64,000 nt of DNA from the human T2T-CHM13v2.0 reference genome, Homo sapiens: assembly GCF_009914755.1 (NCBI RefSeq), contig NC_060946.1; one strand, given 5' to 3'. Below the pieces are notes generated by a model that was not told the origin of the DNA, did not search any database, and saw only the letters and a program-made list of their open reading frames with translations. This document shows, piece after piece, positions 1 through 24,520 of the stretch. The translations under genes and the position numbers were made by a program. Positions within the stretch are counted from its first letter, which is position 1; each line of letters starts with the position of its first letter.

Positions 1-122
1 GAGCATAAATAGCCAAACAGACCAATAAAACAGAAGAGACACTCCAAAAATAGACCCGTACATATAGAAATACAAAATTTGTTATGTAGCATTTCAAATC
101 TATGGAAAAAAAGATATTTGTG

Positions 123-156
<34 letters not shown>

Positions 157-885
157 TTTTTCTTGTTTTGTTTTTAGAGACGGGGTCTTGCGCTGTCACC
201 CAGGCTGGAGTACAATGATAGATCATAGCTCACTGCAGCCTCAAACTCCTGGGCTCAAGTGATCCTCCAACTCAGCCTCCCAAGTAGCTGGGACTAAAGG
301 TTTGTGCTACCACACCCAGCTAATTTTTTTTTTTTTTTTGAGAGACGGGGGTCTCATTATGTTGCTGAAGCTGGTCTCGAACTCCTGGGCTCAAGCAATC
401 CTCCTGCCTCAGCCTTTTGAGGTGTGGGATCACAGGCATGAGCCACATCACCTGGCCTTGTGTCTCTTTTTTTCTCAGAATCTCTTGATAAGTTATTATC
501 TCAGGACAAGTGAATTAAACTTTACTCTGATTAAATGTGGTCCAGTCAACTGGCTACTTTATGATTATCCTCAAAGTGGGCACAGGCCATCTGAGGAAGA
601 AAGTTTGGTTGGTACTATGAACCCACAATGACATGTTTGCCTATGCATTTCTATGTATTCCACATTATTTCCAAAGAAGCCTACTGAATTCTGGATTCTG
701 TCCCTCAGTGCTGTGAGGCATATGAACACAAATCCAATATTTAGAAAGAAGAAAGGCTTTTGAGGCTGGGGACAGTCTCTGAGGAACAGGTGGCTCCTAG
801 CAGACTGGGGGTGAAGGAAGGGAAAACAGAAAGGACATGGCATCTGGGGAGAGGCAGGATGGCAAGGAGGTCGGGATCATCCCAC

Positions 886-1053
886 CTGCTCCTCAGCATC
901 ACAAGACTCTCGCTTCATTGGAAGGATCTGGCTGAAATCCAAGCTCTGGGGGAAGTACAGGGAGTGGCAGATCTTTCTCGTCTGTGAATTCCTGATGGAG
1001 AATCGCATGAGGTGGATTGTCAGGGTCTGGGGCAAATGGGTCAGCTTCAAGAC
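886..1053 (-). pseudogene. USP41: USP41 exon (VLKLTHLPQTLTIHLMRFSIRNSQ...CDAEEQ)
   Basis: 168 nt, tttcag|GTC...CAG|gtggga; inside ORF 877..1221. Confidence 0.92.
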
Positions 1054-1559
1054 CTGAAAAATCAAAATCACTCTGGAGATGAAGTCCACTTGGAATGAGA
1101 GAGTCAGAGAAATGTCAGGGCTAGCAACGCGTTCTTCCCAAAAAGAGGGGAGCAGGGCGACATCATGGAGTTCAAGGCTCCTGTTCACTGAATCTGCTGA
1201 GCTCCTCTGAGAATAATGCAAAACTTGGCTATTCTACCACCATGTGGCCCCCCACAAGAGGCACAAGGGCACAGGGCTCTGCACAGGTACCAGGACCCAG
1301 GGAGCCACCACGTCTGCTCCAGGGAGCTGGTCTCGCCCCGAGGGAAATGCCCTGCCCGCTGCTCTCAGGCCCCCTCCTGCAGTCCCTCTCAGTGATGCGA
1401 CATGAGAAGCCACATCCACGGCTCCAGATATCAGAACCACAGCGTCCCAGATACTAGCCAGACCCAGATTCCCTTTCTCACCCATCATGGGATGTCCTCG
1501 GGGCCTCTGATGATTCTATCAGGAAATCCACGGGGGGCAACCCCAGACTAGTGAAGGAC

Positions 1560-1843
1560 AGATGACCCCTGAACAGCACAGGTTTGGACTGTATGGGTCC
1601 GCTTATACACAAATTGTTGTAAATAAATACAGTCTGCCCTCCCCCATAGGCACGAGTTCCACATCTGCAACCAAATGCTCATCAAAAATAAAGTATCCCA
1701 GATGCACAACCGCATAGATGAGGGACTGACTTTTCCTATACGTGGGTTCCACAGGGCCGACTGGGTGTGACTTGAGTGTGTGTGGATTTTGGTAAAAGCA
1801 GGGGTCCTGGAACAAATCCCCCATATGCACCGAGGGACAGCTG
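1560..1843. mobile_element. TcMar-Tigger DNA transposon remnant (Tigger4/MER46/MER2-like)
   Basis: Begins CAGATGACCCCTGAACAGCACAGGTTTGGACTG and ends ...CCGAGGGACAGCTG, resembling Tigger-type termini. Confidence 0.6.
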
Positions 1844-1866
1844 AGTCTGATTTAGGGAATGAGTAC

Positions 1867-1962
1867 CTGTTTCCCACGGGTCTTCTTCCCACAGTTCTCA
1901 CAGAAGCATTTGCTTTTGCTTGATAACTCCCTGGGCTGGAAGAAGCAGTGCAGGGCGTCCTC
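1867..1962 (-). pseudogene. USP41: USP41 exon (EDALHCFFQPRELSSKSKCFCENCGKKTRGKQ)
   Basis: 96 nt, acag|GAG...CAG|gtactc; second CxxC (CENC). Confidence 0.9.
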
Positions 1963-2019
1963 CTGTCCCACCCAAGAGAACAGGGAAAAAGCAGCGTTGG
2001 TATTTCCCACCTAGAATAC

Positions 2020-2690
<671 letters not shown>

Positions 2691-3001
2691 TACAGCCTCC
2701 CCACACTTTGCAGCTGAGGGTTTCAGCTTTTCTTCTGGTTCTCCTCATATCCCCCTTAATGCCTGGCCTGGTGTGGTCCACTTGGCAGGATCTCAAAGGG
2801 CACCTACTGACTGGAGGAACAAAACAGGAGGGGGCTCCTATTAAGGGAGCAGTATGAGGGAAGTGGAGGTAGGAGGGAAAAACATTTTTGCCAAAACAAA
2901 GGAGAAATTGGCCAGCGCCGTGAAAATGAAATAAGTGACTTTCCAGAAGCCAGAGATAGATCAAAGAGGCAAGGGGGAATTGGCCACACTGTGCTGTGTG
3001 G

Positions 3002-3712
3002 TGTGATGGTTTGAGGGTTTGTCCTCCCCAAAACCCAGGTTGAAACTGAATCCCCAGTGTGGCTGTATGGAAAGGTGGGGACTTTGAGAGATAATTGGGG
3101 AGGGCAAGGTGTCTCATGCCTGTAATCCCAAGGAGGCTGAGGCAGGGGGATCACTTGAAGTCAGGAGTTTCAGATCAGCCTGGCCAACATGGTGAAACCC
3201 CATCTCTACTAAAAATACAGAAATTAGCCGGGCATGGTGGTGGGCACCTGTAATCTCAGCTACTTGGGAGGCTGAGGCAGGAGAATCGCTTAACACCGGA
3301 GGCGGAGGTTGCAGTGAGCTGAGATTGTGCCACTGCACTTCAGTCTGGGTGACAGAGGAAGAATCTGTCTCCAAAATAAAAGGTAGGGGGGTTATTGCGT
3401 CATGAGGGCACAGCCCTCATAAATGAATTAATCCACTCATGGATTAATGGGTTAATCGGTTATCCTGGGAGTGGGACTGGTGGCTTCATATGAAGAGGAA
3501 GAGAGACTTGAGCCGGCACATTGGCATGCTCAGCCCCCTCGCCATGTGATGCCCTGCACTGCCTCGCCTCAGGACTCTGAGAGTCCCCACCAGCAAGCAG
3601 GTCCTCACCAGGTGCAGCCCCTCAACCTTGACTTCCCAGCCTCCAGAACTGTAAGAAATAAATTACCTAGTCTCAGATATTGAGTTATAACAACAGAAAA
3701 TGGACTAACACA
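3002..3712 (+). mobile_element. MaLR LTR (MSTB/C-like) interrupted by an Alu
   Basis: TGTGATGGTTTGA...CCAGCCTCCAGAACTGTAAGAAATAAATT...AACAGAAAATGGACTAACACA. Confidence 0.75.
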
Positions 3713-3747
3713 TACAGGTGCAGCAAATACCAAGAGAATCCCCTTAC

Positions 3748-3894
3748 CAGTGTCTTCAGGGGCTTTGAGTCCACATCAAAAAAAGAAAGTCGGAGGGTGA
3801 GCATGCTGCTGTTTCTGCTACTCTCCATGGCACAGTCAAGGCAAATCAAGGAGTCCTTCATCCGGATCATATACAGGGCCTGCAGTCTCTCCAC
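3748..3894 (-). pseudogene. USP41: USP41 exon (VERLQALYMIRMKDSLICLDC...KPLKTL)
   Basis: 147 nt, gcag|GTG...CTG|gtaagg; first CxxC of the USP finger. Confidence 0.92.
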
Positions 3895-4027
3895 CTGCAA
3901 GAGGGAGAGCGGAGAGGTGAGATGGGAACACCACCATAAGCCAGGTCAGGCCAACTGCCAGAAGGTGGAGCCAAGAGACAGAAGCTCCTCACAAAGGTGC
4001 AAAATAATACCAGTAACAATATTATGA

Positions 4028-4296
<269 letters not shown>

Positions 4297-4440
4297 TGAT
4301 CTGCCTGCCTCAGCCTCCCAAAGTGCTGGGATTACAGGGGATTAACTCTTTTATTCCTCTACACACTACGGGAACAACAGCTGAATGAATGAAATGAGCA
4401 GCATCTTAAGCTTCCGAGTGCTCTGGTTCTAGGTTCTTAC

Positions 4441-4520
4441 CAAGTGCACATCAGCGATCTGGTCCTTAATCAGGTTCCAGAGTTTGAGGTACAGTTGGGC
4501 AGCATCATGTTGGACAAACA
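4441..4520 (-). pseudogene. USP41: USP41 exon (LFVQHDAAQLYLKLWNLIKDQIADVHL)
   Basis: 80 nt, ccag|TG...TTG|gtaaga; USP QHDA motif. Not in the ORF track; read by hand. Confidence 0.9.
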
Positions 4521-4675
4521 CTGGCCACAGAGAAAAGGAACAGCCAATTAGTGAGGTCTTCAGAGTCACTTCTCATGCCCTGGTACTTAGACACACATGA
4601 ACACTGATCACTTTGTCTCTTCCTAGCCCTCCACCCCACTGCAAGGCTAAGTCGGCACGACAGAAGAAGTGATCA

Positions 4676-4900
<225 letters not shown>

Positions 4901-5199
4901 TCAGAGCTACTTGGGAGGCTGAAGCAGGAGGATCACTGGAGCCCAGGATGTTGAGGCTACAGTGAGCTGTGATGTCACCACTGCACTCAGCCTGGGGAAT
5001 GAGATGTCCACAGGGACTTTGAAAAGCACTGATACATTCCTGAGGATCTAGAAGGCCAGGCGCATGCCCAAGTAAGACCTGAGAGGGCTCCGATCCCTCC
5101 CCTCTGGCTGACCACAAGGCCACATGCAAGAAAGCAATGAAGGCGAATACAGAATCATGAACTGCCCAGAAACGATAAAACAGCAACAACAACAAACCC

Positions 5200-9295
<4,096 letters not shown>

Positions 9296-9811
9296 GTGTA
9301 GGATTTCTTCTGGGGGTGATGAAAATGTTATGAAATTAGATTGTGATGATGGAGGCACAACTCTGTGAATACACTACAAACCTTTGAATTGTATGTTTTT
9401 AAATGGATGAATTTTACAGTATGTGATGCACATCCCAATATAGCTATCTAAAAAAAAAACCTGACCTATTTGTGAATTATTTTGTAGAACATGTTTTCTC
9501 TTTTTTATTCCTTTATTCTGTTTTCCTGCAGTTCCCTAACTGTGGTGGAATAAGCTTGGAGGAGATGCCTTCACCTACTCTACTGAGAGGCAGAGAAAGG
9601 TTAGGTATGGAAGTAAAATGTCCATAAATAATATCAATTCTGCACCTCCAAAGATGTGTGCCTCTTACACAAATGTCTCTATAATCTGAGGGGTCCAGGC
9701 TACCTAACTTGCTTCTTGTTGCTTCACTGCCCATTAGTTCCTCTCTTCACTCTCTAAGCTTCCCATCCCCTTTGGATCAGCAGCCAGGAACCCAGTGGGA
9801 GGGTATCTTAC

Positions 9812-9957
9812 GGGGCACGTTGTACTTCTGCAGGCAGTAGGCCAGCTCCAGGGGCCACACTGCTTTCTGCCGGCTGTCCTGCATCTTCTCCAGCAGCAGA
9901 AGCATCTGGAAAGGGACGCTTCTCCTCTGCTCGTCAGCTCCCCTGGGCACCGTGATC
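9812..9957 (-). pseudogene. USP41: USP41 exon (ITVPRGADEQRRSVPFQMLLLLEKMQDSRQKAVWPLELAYCLQKYNVP)
   Basis: 146 nt, cag|G...C|gtaaga; lies inside ORF 9777..9968. Confidence 0.92.
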
Positions 9958-10661
9958 CTGCCACACAAGAACAGCCAGAAACCTCCTTACATGTAGTTCT
10001 CAAAGCTAGGTGCACACTGGAATCACCTGGGAGAAATTTTAAATCTTCATATCCAGGCCACTCCCATACAAATTAAACCAGAATTCTGGGTCCGGGGGGC
10101 GGGGCGCGGGCAGTTATCAGAATTTTTCAGTTCCTCAGATTATTTCAATGTGTGGTCAAGGTTGAGAAGCACCATGTGAGTGAATCTGCTCTACAGGGGA
10201 CCCTCTAGAGAGGGGGATCAGCATGACTGCTGCCTTGGCCCCTCTGCACCCTGCCCAGCAATCGTGCTAGAGCAGACGGCAGATGCACGAGGTCCTGGCT
10301 CCACATCTCGGGCAAGCAGCAAAATGTCCAGCCTAAAGCTCTCCAGACTGCAGAGGCACATGCTGGGTTAGGTCCTGGGAAGAAAGGCAACATGAAAGGC
10401 TGTCCGTGTGGTTTGGCAATGATTCATTTAATCACAGGCATTTTTCGGATGGGAAAAAGGAGAGAGCACAGGGCAGAAAAGGAGTGATAGAGAGAGACAG
10501 AGGGAGAGAGTGCATTGTGTGAGTGTTGGTGGAAGGAGGGGTGTGTACTCCCCACTGACTTACTCCTTCTCCGACTTTGGTCTAGTCCCAACTCTGTCTT
10601 TTAACCAAGTCAGTGGCTGTCAATCCTGGCTGCATTTAAAATCACCCAAAGAGGGCTTTTA

Positions 10662-11018
<357 letters not shown>

Positions 11019-11236
11019 TTAGAAATAATGTGTAGGCCAGAATATGCAGAAGCCGATCTTTCCTCTGCCAGCTTTTGAGAGAAGATCTCAAAAAGTCCAA
11101 GTCACTGTGAATAACTGAATATATTAAAAATGAAATAATACAGGCCGGGTGCAGTGGCTCACGCCTGTAATTCCAGCACTTTGGGAGGCTGAGGTGGGTG
11201 GATCACGAGGTCAGGAGATCAAGACCATCCTGGCTA

Positions 11237-12070
<834 letters not shown>

Positions 12071-13110
12071 TTACAGCAGGGTGTGGCGTTTCACACCTGT
12101 AATCCTAGCACTTTGAAAGGCCAAGGTGGGCAGATCACCTGAGGTCAGGAGTTCAAGACCAGCCTGGGCAACAGGGCAAAACCCTGTCTCTACTAAAAAT
12201 ACAAAAGCTAGCCAGGCATGGTGGCAGGTGTCTATAATCCCAGCTTCTTGGGAGGCTAAGGCAGAAGAATCATTGGACCTAATTTATTGATTTTTTTGAA
12301 CTTGGAATATGGTGTCATGACAAAATCATGCCACTGCACTCAATCCTGGATGACAGAGCAAGACTCTGTCTCAAAAAAAAAAAGGTTACTTTTTATTTCC
12401 TGAAAAGCTTGACTTCCTGACAATGAAAGTCCTAAGGAGCGAGTGGCAGAAGACAGCTGGCAGCTGGCAGTCATTGGTGGGGCAAAGGCAGAGATACCAC
12501 TGCTGACTCTACTGGGCCTCGGGCCTCAGCGCTCATGGGAAGGGACCCTCTTTCAAGCTTTTGGAGGGGTAAGGGAGGGCCAGGTAACAGTGCCTACATC
12601 TTAGGCACCGAAAACAACTGGAGCTGCTTCATGCAGTCAAGAATCCCCTGAAGAAGGAAGGCAGTTACCTCCCTATTCTCCAGATCTCTTCAGCTGGCCT
12701 GGCTCTCATCCTTTCCAAGACCTGGCTGTTTGCTTTGCATTTAGTTATATGAGCTAATTCATATGCTTCTAATAAATGCCTTTCATCCTTCTCCAAAGTT
12801 AGCCCTAGAGTATATTGCTGTTGTTTACAATCAAAAAGCCCTAGAGGTGTACTCTCCAATTCTCTTAATAACCTCATTTTTCTGTCATTACCCCTGTTTT
12901 AGTACAAGTAGCTGAGCTTCAGAGAAGTTAAAAGATGTGCCCAAGGTCGCACAGCTAATGAGTGTCACAGTCAGAATCTGAACCCAAGTCTGTCTGATGT
13001 GGGGTCATGACAAGAGCATGGGTTTTCTTGGGAGAAAAAAATGACTTCAAATCCCCACTTCCCGCATAAAAATGCACAATGGGTGTAGCAATGCCGAAGC
13101 CACAGAGCTA

Positions 13111-13464
<354 letters not shown>

Positions 13465-14820
13465 TTATCCCTAATTTATTCATGTTTTTGAACTTGGAAT
13501 AGGAACACTACTGCCAACAAAAGTAATTAGAGAATATAGATGTTAAATCTATTCTCTAAATGAATTATTGCTTATTTTAAAATTGCATATTAATTAATTA
13601 CAGGAAATTTGGAAAGTAAGAGACATATGAAGAAAAAAAGGTAAAAATGATTTGTAATCCCTCTGAGAGTTACCCTTTAATGCCATTTTTGGTATATTTC
13701 CTCTCAGTTCTTTCCCCCTCCACCACCAGTATGTGTGAGTAGTTTATGTTTTATAAAGCTGGGTTCATACAATATGATTTCTTGGCTGGTGTGGTGGCTC
13801 ATGCCTGTAATTCTAGCACTTTGGGAGGCTGAGGCAGGCATATTGCTTGAGCCCAGGAGTTCCAGACCAGCCTAGGCAACACAGTGAGACCCCATCTTTA
13901 CAAAAAGTAAAAAATTAGGTGGTGGATATGGTGGCACTTGCCTGTAGTCCCAGCTACTTGGGAGGCTGAGACCAGAGGATCACTTGAACGGAGGAGGAGT
14001 CTGCAGTGAGCCTAGATTGTGCCACTGCACTCCAGCCTGGGTGACAGAGTGAGACCCTGTCTCAAAAAACCCAAAAAAGATTTCTCTATAATTTCTTTTT
14101 TTATTCAGTAAAATATTGTAGTTTTCTCTATCTTGATTAAACAGTCTAAAATGGTTTTAATGTCACCATAGTATTCCATTTTATAAATTTGTCAAAATTT
14201 ATTTAACCCTTATTGTTACATTTCCATTTTTTAAAATAGTGCTGCAGCTGTTGATTTGAAAAGATACTTTTTTCAGGTAGTTGACAACCAAAATATCCCC
14301 TTGATGGGTTCCAGCATACCCCATGCCTCAGTATCACACAGTATACCTTTGTAACTAACCTGCATGGTACCCCCGATTCTAAAATAAAAGTTGAAAAAAA
14401 ATCATCTAGTGTTTTAAAACAAATTATGTATTATTTTTGGGCCAAGCGTGGTGGCTCACACCTGTAATCCCAGTTCTTTCAGAGGTTGAGGTGGGAGGAT
14501 CACACAAGAGGATCCACTGAGACCAGGAGTTTGAGACCAGCCTGGGCAACATAGTGAGACCCCCATCTCTACAGTAATTAAAAAAAAAATTAGCTGGGCA
14601 TGATGGCATGCACTTGCAGTCCCAGCTACTTAGGAGGCTGAGGTGAGAGGATTGCTTGAGCCCAGAAGTTTGAGGTTACAGGGAGCTATGATGATGCCAC
14701 TGCACTCCAGCCTGGGTGACAGAGCGAGACTCTGTCTCAAAAAAATATACTATTTTAAATTTATAAATGACAATTGAATTACATTTATATAGTACAATGT
14801 GATGTGTGATGTATGTATAC

Positions 14821-16488
<1,668 letters not shown>

Positions 16489-16680
16489 ATACAATATGAA
16501 AAGATTAAGTCAAGCTAATGAACATACCTGTTACCTCACTTACTTGGCATTCTTTTAAGTTGATGCACTAGAAATTTTCTCTCTTAGACCGGGCACAGTG
16601 GCTCACACCTGTAATCCCAGCACTTTGGGAGGCCGAGGCGGGGGGATCATGAGATCAGGAGATCGACACCATCCTGGCTA

Positions 16681-17464
<784 letters not shown>

Positions 17465-17479
17465 CCCAAATTCAACTTT

Positions 17480-19080
<1,601 letters not shown>

Positions 19081-21053
19081 AGCTGGGCACCGTGGCTCAC
19101 GCCTGTAATCCCGCACTTTGGGAGGCCAAGGCAGGTGGATCACCTGAGGTCAGGAGTTCAAGACCAGCCTGGCCAACATGGTGAAACCCCATCTCTAATA
19201 AAAATACAAAAAATTAGCCGGGTGTGGTGGCAGGCACCTGTAATCTCAGCTACTCGGGAGGCTAAGGCAGGACAATCGCATGAACCCAGGAGGCAGAGGT
19301 TGTAGTGAGCCGAGATCACTCCACTGCACTCCGTCCAGCCTGGGCAACATTCCTTCTGTGTTCTGGGATATATATTCTTGAGGGTATTCCCATCTGTGGA
19401 TAGTTGCCAGTTAGATTTCTGTGGTGGGGAAGTGGAGCTAGAGTATTCTTTTCCTTTTTTTTTGAGACAGCATCTCACTCTGTCATCCACGCTGCAGTGC
19501 AGTGGCATTAACATGGCTTCATTGATCTCTTGAGCTCAAGTGATCCTCCCACCTGAGTCTCCTGAAAAGCTAGGGCTACAGGCATGCATCAGCATGCCCG
19601 GCTAATTTTTAATTGTTTTGTAGACATGGGTTCTTGCTGTGTTGCCTAGGTTGGTCTCGAACTCCTGGACTCAAGCAGTCCTCCTGCCTTGGCCTCCCAA
19701 AGTGCTGGGATTACAGGCGTGAGCCACTGCTCCTGGTCTGTTTCTTTTGTTTAGTATTTTTGTTTGCTTTGTTTCATGAGCTGCTATTTTGACTACAGTT
19801 TTAATATTTTTAGCAATTTTTTGGATATGCAGAAATTTAATTCTTATTCATCAAATATATTTTAGTATTTTGTGTGTTTTTTAGATTTCCTTTTTTAGGA
19901 GTCTTTCCAACCATAAACTGCCAAATAGAAATACACACACACACATACACAGAGGCTATGAATAGACAACTAATTGAAACAGAAAAAAATTGATTAATTA
20001 AAGCACCTATGGGATTTTTCTCCAGCCAAATTAGCATTTTTATTTAAAAAAATCTTTTAGTGTTATTTAGCCTACATAGGAAGAGGCTTACTTATGTAGT
20101 TGATAAGAGTGTGAATTGATCAACTTTTTGGAAAATAATCTGCCAGTATAATTAAAATTATAATTAAAATGTATCATAGGTCAGTTACACCACTTTGAGA
20201 ATCCTATACTACAGAAAAGAAGAAATATAAAACAAAAACATCAGTGGGATCCATGTATATTGATGATTATTGTAGTCATCAGTGGTGGGAATTTTTAAAA
20301 ACAACCTTAATATCCATCTAATAGGGAATAAAGAAATCAGAACTTATCTACAATGCGCATTACTACACAGAAATTCAAATGATACATTTGATCTACATTA
20401 GCTGGAATTAGTAATGTCCATGTACTCTAATGGGAGAAAGAAAATTACTAAATAATGTAAGATTTGAGCACGTTCTTTAAACAAAACAAATCAATAAAGC
20501 CCTAAAAGGACATACTATTGAAAGCAAGTCACAAAATCCAGAAATGGCAGGGAAAATGTTCAACAATTTGACTATGTAAAAATGAAAGTTTCTTCAAAAC
20601 AAAGATAATATAAACAAAATAAAAGTTATGATACAGACCTTAAGAAACAAACTTGCTAATTATATGGAATTAATAAATGTGCAGAATATATAAAGAATAT
20701 CATTACATGAATTAGAAAACTAGTAAATCATAATGAAATTCTCAGCGAGAAATACAATTGGCCAGTAAACATATGCAAAAATGCACAATCTCTCTAATAA
20801 GTGGAGAAACCCAAATTAAAAATGGAAATATTTCTTAATCATAAAATTGGCCAAGGTTAGCATTGGTCATTTCCTCTGTAACTAAGGGTGTGTGGAAATA
20901 GGAACTCTCATATACTGATGGTGGGAGTATAATATCATTAAATTTTTTTGAAACACAGATTTTTAATTTTTTATCAAAATATGGCCAGGTGCAGTGGCTC
21001 ACGCCTGCAATCCCAGCACTGTGGGAGGCCAAGGCAGGCAGATCATGAGGTCA

Positions 21054-21295
<242 letters not shown>

Positions 21296-22656
21296 TTATA
21301 CTTTGCCTCAGTATTTTATTTTTAGAAATCAATCATAAAAGAAAAAACCCACCTAACTAAGGTACCAAAAAGATGAATATACAGGTATGCCCAGGATAGT
21401 GTAGGTAACGGTAACAAATAACTGAATCCAACATAAAAATTCCACAGTGAAAAAGTGACCAAATTATGGTCAGATACCCTGTTGAATAATGATGCAACTA
21501 TAAATAAGAATGAGAGAGACCTATATGCACTCATAAGCAATGATCACCACATTCTATTTTATATGGAAAAGCCAGTTAGGGAACAACACACAAAGCAGGA
21601 TTACGTTATGTAAAAACATGGGCATGTCTATCTGTGTGTAAGTGGATGTAGACGACTGAGTGGGCTGGGAGCTGGCGGTGACACATTTCATTCTACAGAC
21701 CTAAGCAGTATTTGAATTTTTATAACAATAGCATATGTGTTTCTTATGTGATTTACTAGAAACAATTTAATTTCTTCAGTTGTAAAAGGTGTATTTTAAA
21801 CCTATATAAAGGTACATGGAGATCGTCATTCAGAATAACAAAATAAAAAGCAATATAAAGACACAAATAGATATAGTACAATATTAAATACTACAATATT
21901 CAAGATGATATTAAAATTATACATATCTACATCTATATGCATGTAAGGATCTCAGTAAATGATATTGTCTAAAATTAAACTGTGGTAATTTTTGCAGACC
22001 TCTGTGAATATATTAGAAACCATTGAATTGTGTGTACACTGTGTGTGGGTGAAATTTATTGTATTTGAATTATATCTCAAAGTTCTGTTAAAAAATGAAT
22101 GGCTTGATATTCTAGTGCTAAGGGATGGTTTTATTTAAAACATAAACTAATAGTTTCCAGCAGAGTCCCTTAAAAATATTACAGCAGGGATTTCCAGATC
22201 ACACTCACTCCCACCTTTTTAGAATTTTTGACTATTTTCCAAAGTATTGAATTCAATGAGGTGCAGGTGGAAGAAAGCGTTTACAAAGTCAGTGGGTTAC
22301 GGGAGAGCTGGTGTGGGTTGAGGCAGAGTGGGGAGAGAGGCTCCTTTCAAATGGAAGCCTCTGGAACCCACAGACGGCAAGCGTAAGGCAGGGCAATCTT
22401 CTGGAGACCTACCAGAGAAAGGCTTTAGACCCAACACTCCCATTCACAAACATGGACAGGGGCATCTCAGTGTTTCCTTAACTTCACTCTTTCTATATTG
22501 ACACAAGGAAATAATTAAAAGGGAGTAATTCTGGTTTAGTTTATTTCATTAAATTATCAACAAACAACTTTTGAAACAAAAACTATTAAAGTGGAACTCA
22601 ATAAAATTACTAGGTTTAATAATCTGTATCTGTGACTCAGATACAGATCAGGCAAA

Positions 22657-22751
22657 CCAGCTGTGGATGAAGCTCCCAGCTGTGGATGATGCCCCCAGAC
22701 ATGGATGAAGCCCCCAGCTGTGGATGATGCCCCCAGATGTAGATGAAGCCA
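22657..22751 (+). repeat. 19-bp minisatellite, 5 copies (consensus CCAGCTGTGGATGAWGCCC)
   Basis: Units read directly: ccagctgtggatgaagctc, ccagctgtggatgatgccc, ccagacatggatgaagccc, ccagctgtggatgatgccc, ccagatgtagatgaagcca. Confidence 0.9.
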
Positions 22752-23500
22752 CAAATGATGCCTGTGTGGACAGACAGAATGATGGACAGGCAGATGAATG
22801 TGAGGGTTTTATGTGAAACAAGTCCACTTGGTTGTTGACAAGATGCTGTTTTAAAGTTTCATTTTGCCATACTTTGAATAGCTTTTCATTAGCTAAATTT
22901 AGCCACATGTAAAATCACTAAGGCAGACACCTGGAGTTCCCATATGAAAATCAAATGTAAACCAGCAGTGACCTACTTCAATGTGATCATCGGAAGTCAG
23001 AAGTTGAGCTCATTTTTGATGTTTAAAGCCTGCATAATATTCACTGTGTTATTATTCAGTGTATTACTATTTCCTTCATGATGGAAATTTGGTTTGCCCC
23101 AACTTTCTATTCTATCAAAACACTGCTACATAGAAAATCCCCATGCACATATTTCTCCTAATTGTGGAAATATTTTACATAAAAGACTCTAGACATGGGA
23201 TGAAATTCCCAGGTTATTGGAATTTTAAAATAGATAGGTACTCCCAAATTGCCCTCTTACAAATTATATGAATTCGTAAGCTTCCAACTGTTATGGAGTT
23301 ACCCATTTTGAGAAATCTGTGCTAAAAGGACCCAAACAATGCTGATGACAATGATCAGGATAATAAGTACGCTGGGAAGACAACAAAATGATTTAAATCT
23401 TAGACAAGTCATTCTAGGTGTCTCCACTGTTTCAGTTCTTGCATTCATTCTTGTGGTATCTTTTCCCTTTTACCAATAAAAAAGCTCCCTGACATCACAT

Positions 23501-23945
23501 TGTGGCAGTCCCCATGGTTTGCCGCAGTTACTGCGGGACTGAACGCAGGAGGACGAATGAAGAAATGAAAACCAAGGAAAAAAGGAGCTGTTTAAAGAAG
23601 GGTCCAGGGAAGAAGAAGAGGGCTCCCAGCTTCTAGTGAGCAAGGGCAGCAGCCCTGAGCTTCTACAGCCCTTCATATTTATTGAGTAGAAAGAGCAGGG
23701 AGCAGGAGGTAATGATTGGTCAGCTTCTCAATTGATCACAGGTTCACATTATTGCTAACAGGTTTCAGATGTGCCTAATCTCAAGAAACGCCGCGCCTGG
23801 GGCATGACTGCCCTCAGCATTCCCTCTGGGTGGCAGACGCAGTTTGCCAACATTCTGCATTCATGAGAACAGTTTACTGTTTACTCATATAACCTCCAGT
23901 GGTACACCGAGTTGATCATGACCCTCCCTCTTTCGGCCTGCAACA
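23501..23945 (-). mobile_element. Solo LTR, LTR3-like (HERV-K HML-6 group)
   Basis: TGTTGCAGGCCGAAAGAGGGAGGGTCATGATCAACTC...GGACTGCCACA; perfect 6-bp TSD TCACAT at 23495-23500 and 23946-23951, typical of betaretrovirus-like ERVs. Confidence 0.8.
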
Positions 23946-24194
23946 TCACATGAATCCAATGAGTATTGGTTAGTAAAATGCCTATGACTAGTCATCTTCA
24001 TCTATGCAATTAAATATTAATTCATCAAACACTTCAAATGTAAGCAATTAATAATTAGTGAATGAAAAATACATAATACATCAATTAGAAAAAAACTCTA
24101 TTAAAAAGACATTTGTGTGATAAAAGAGATTGCCATTTTTGTATTTTTCTACAAAGTTAAAGAAAACTAAGTCAGCTTATATAAGTGAATTTTA

Positions 24195-24520
<326 letters not shown>

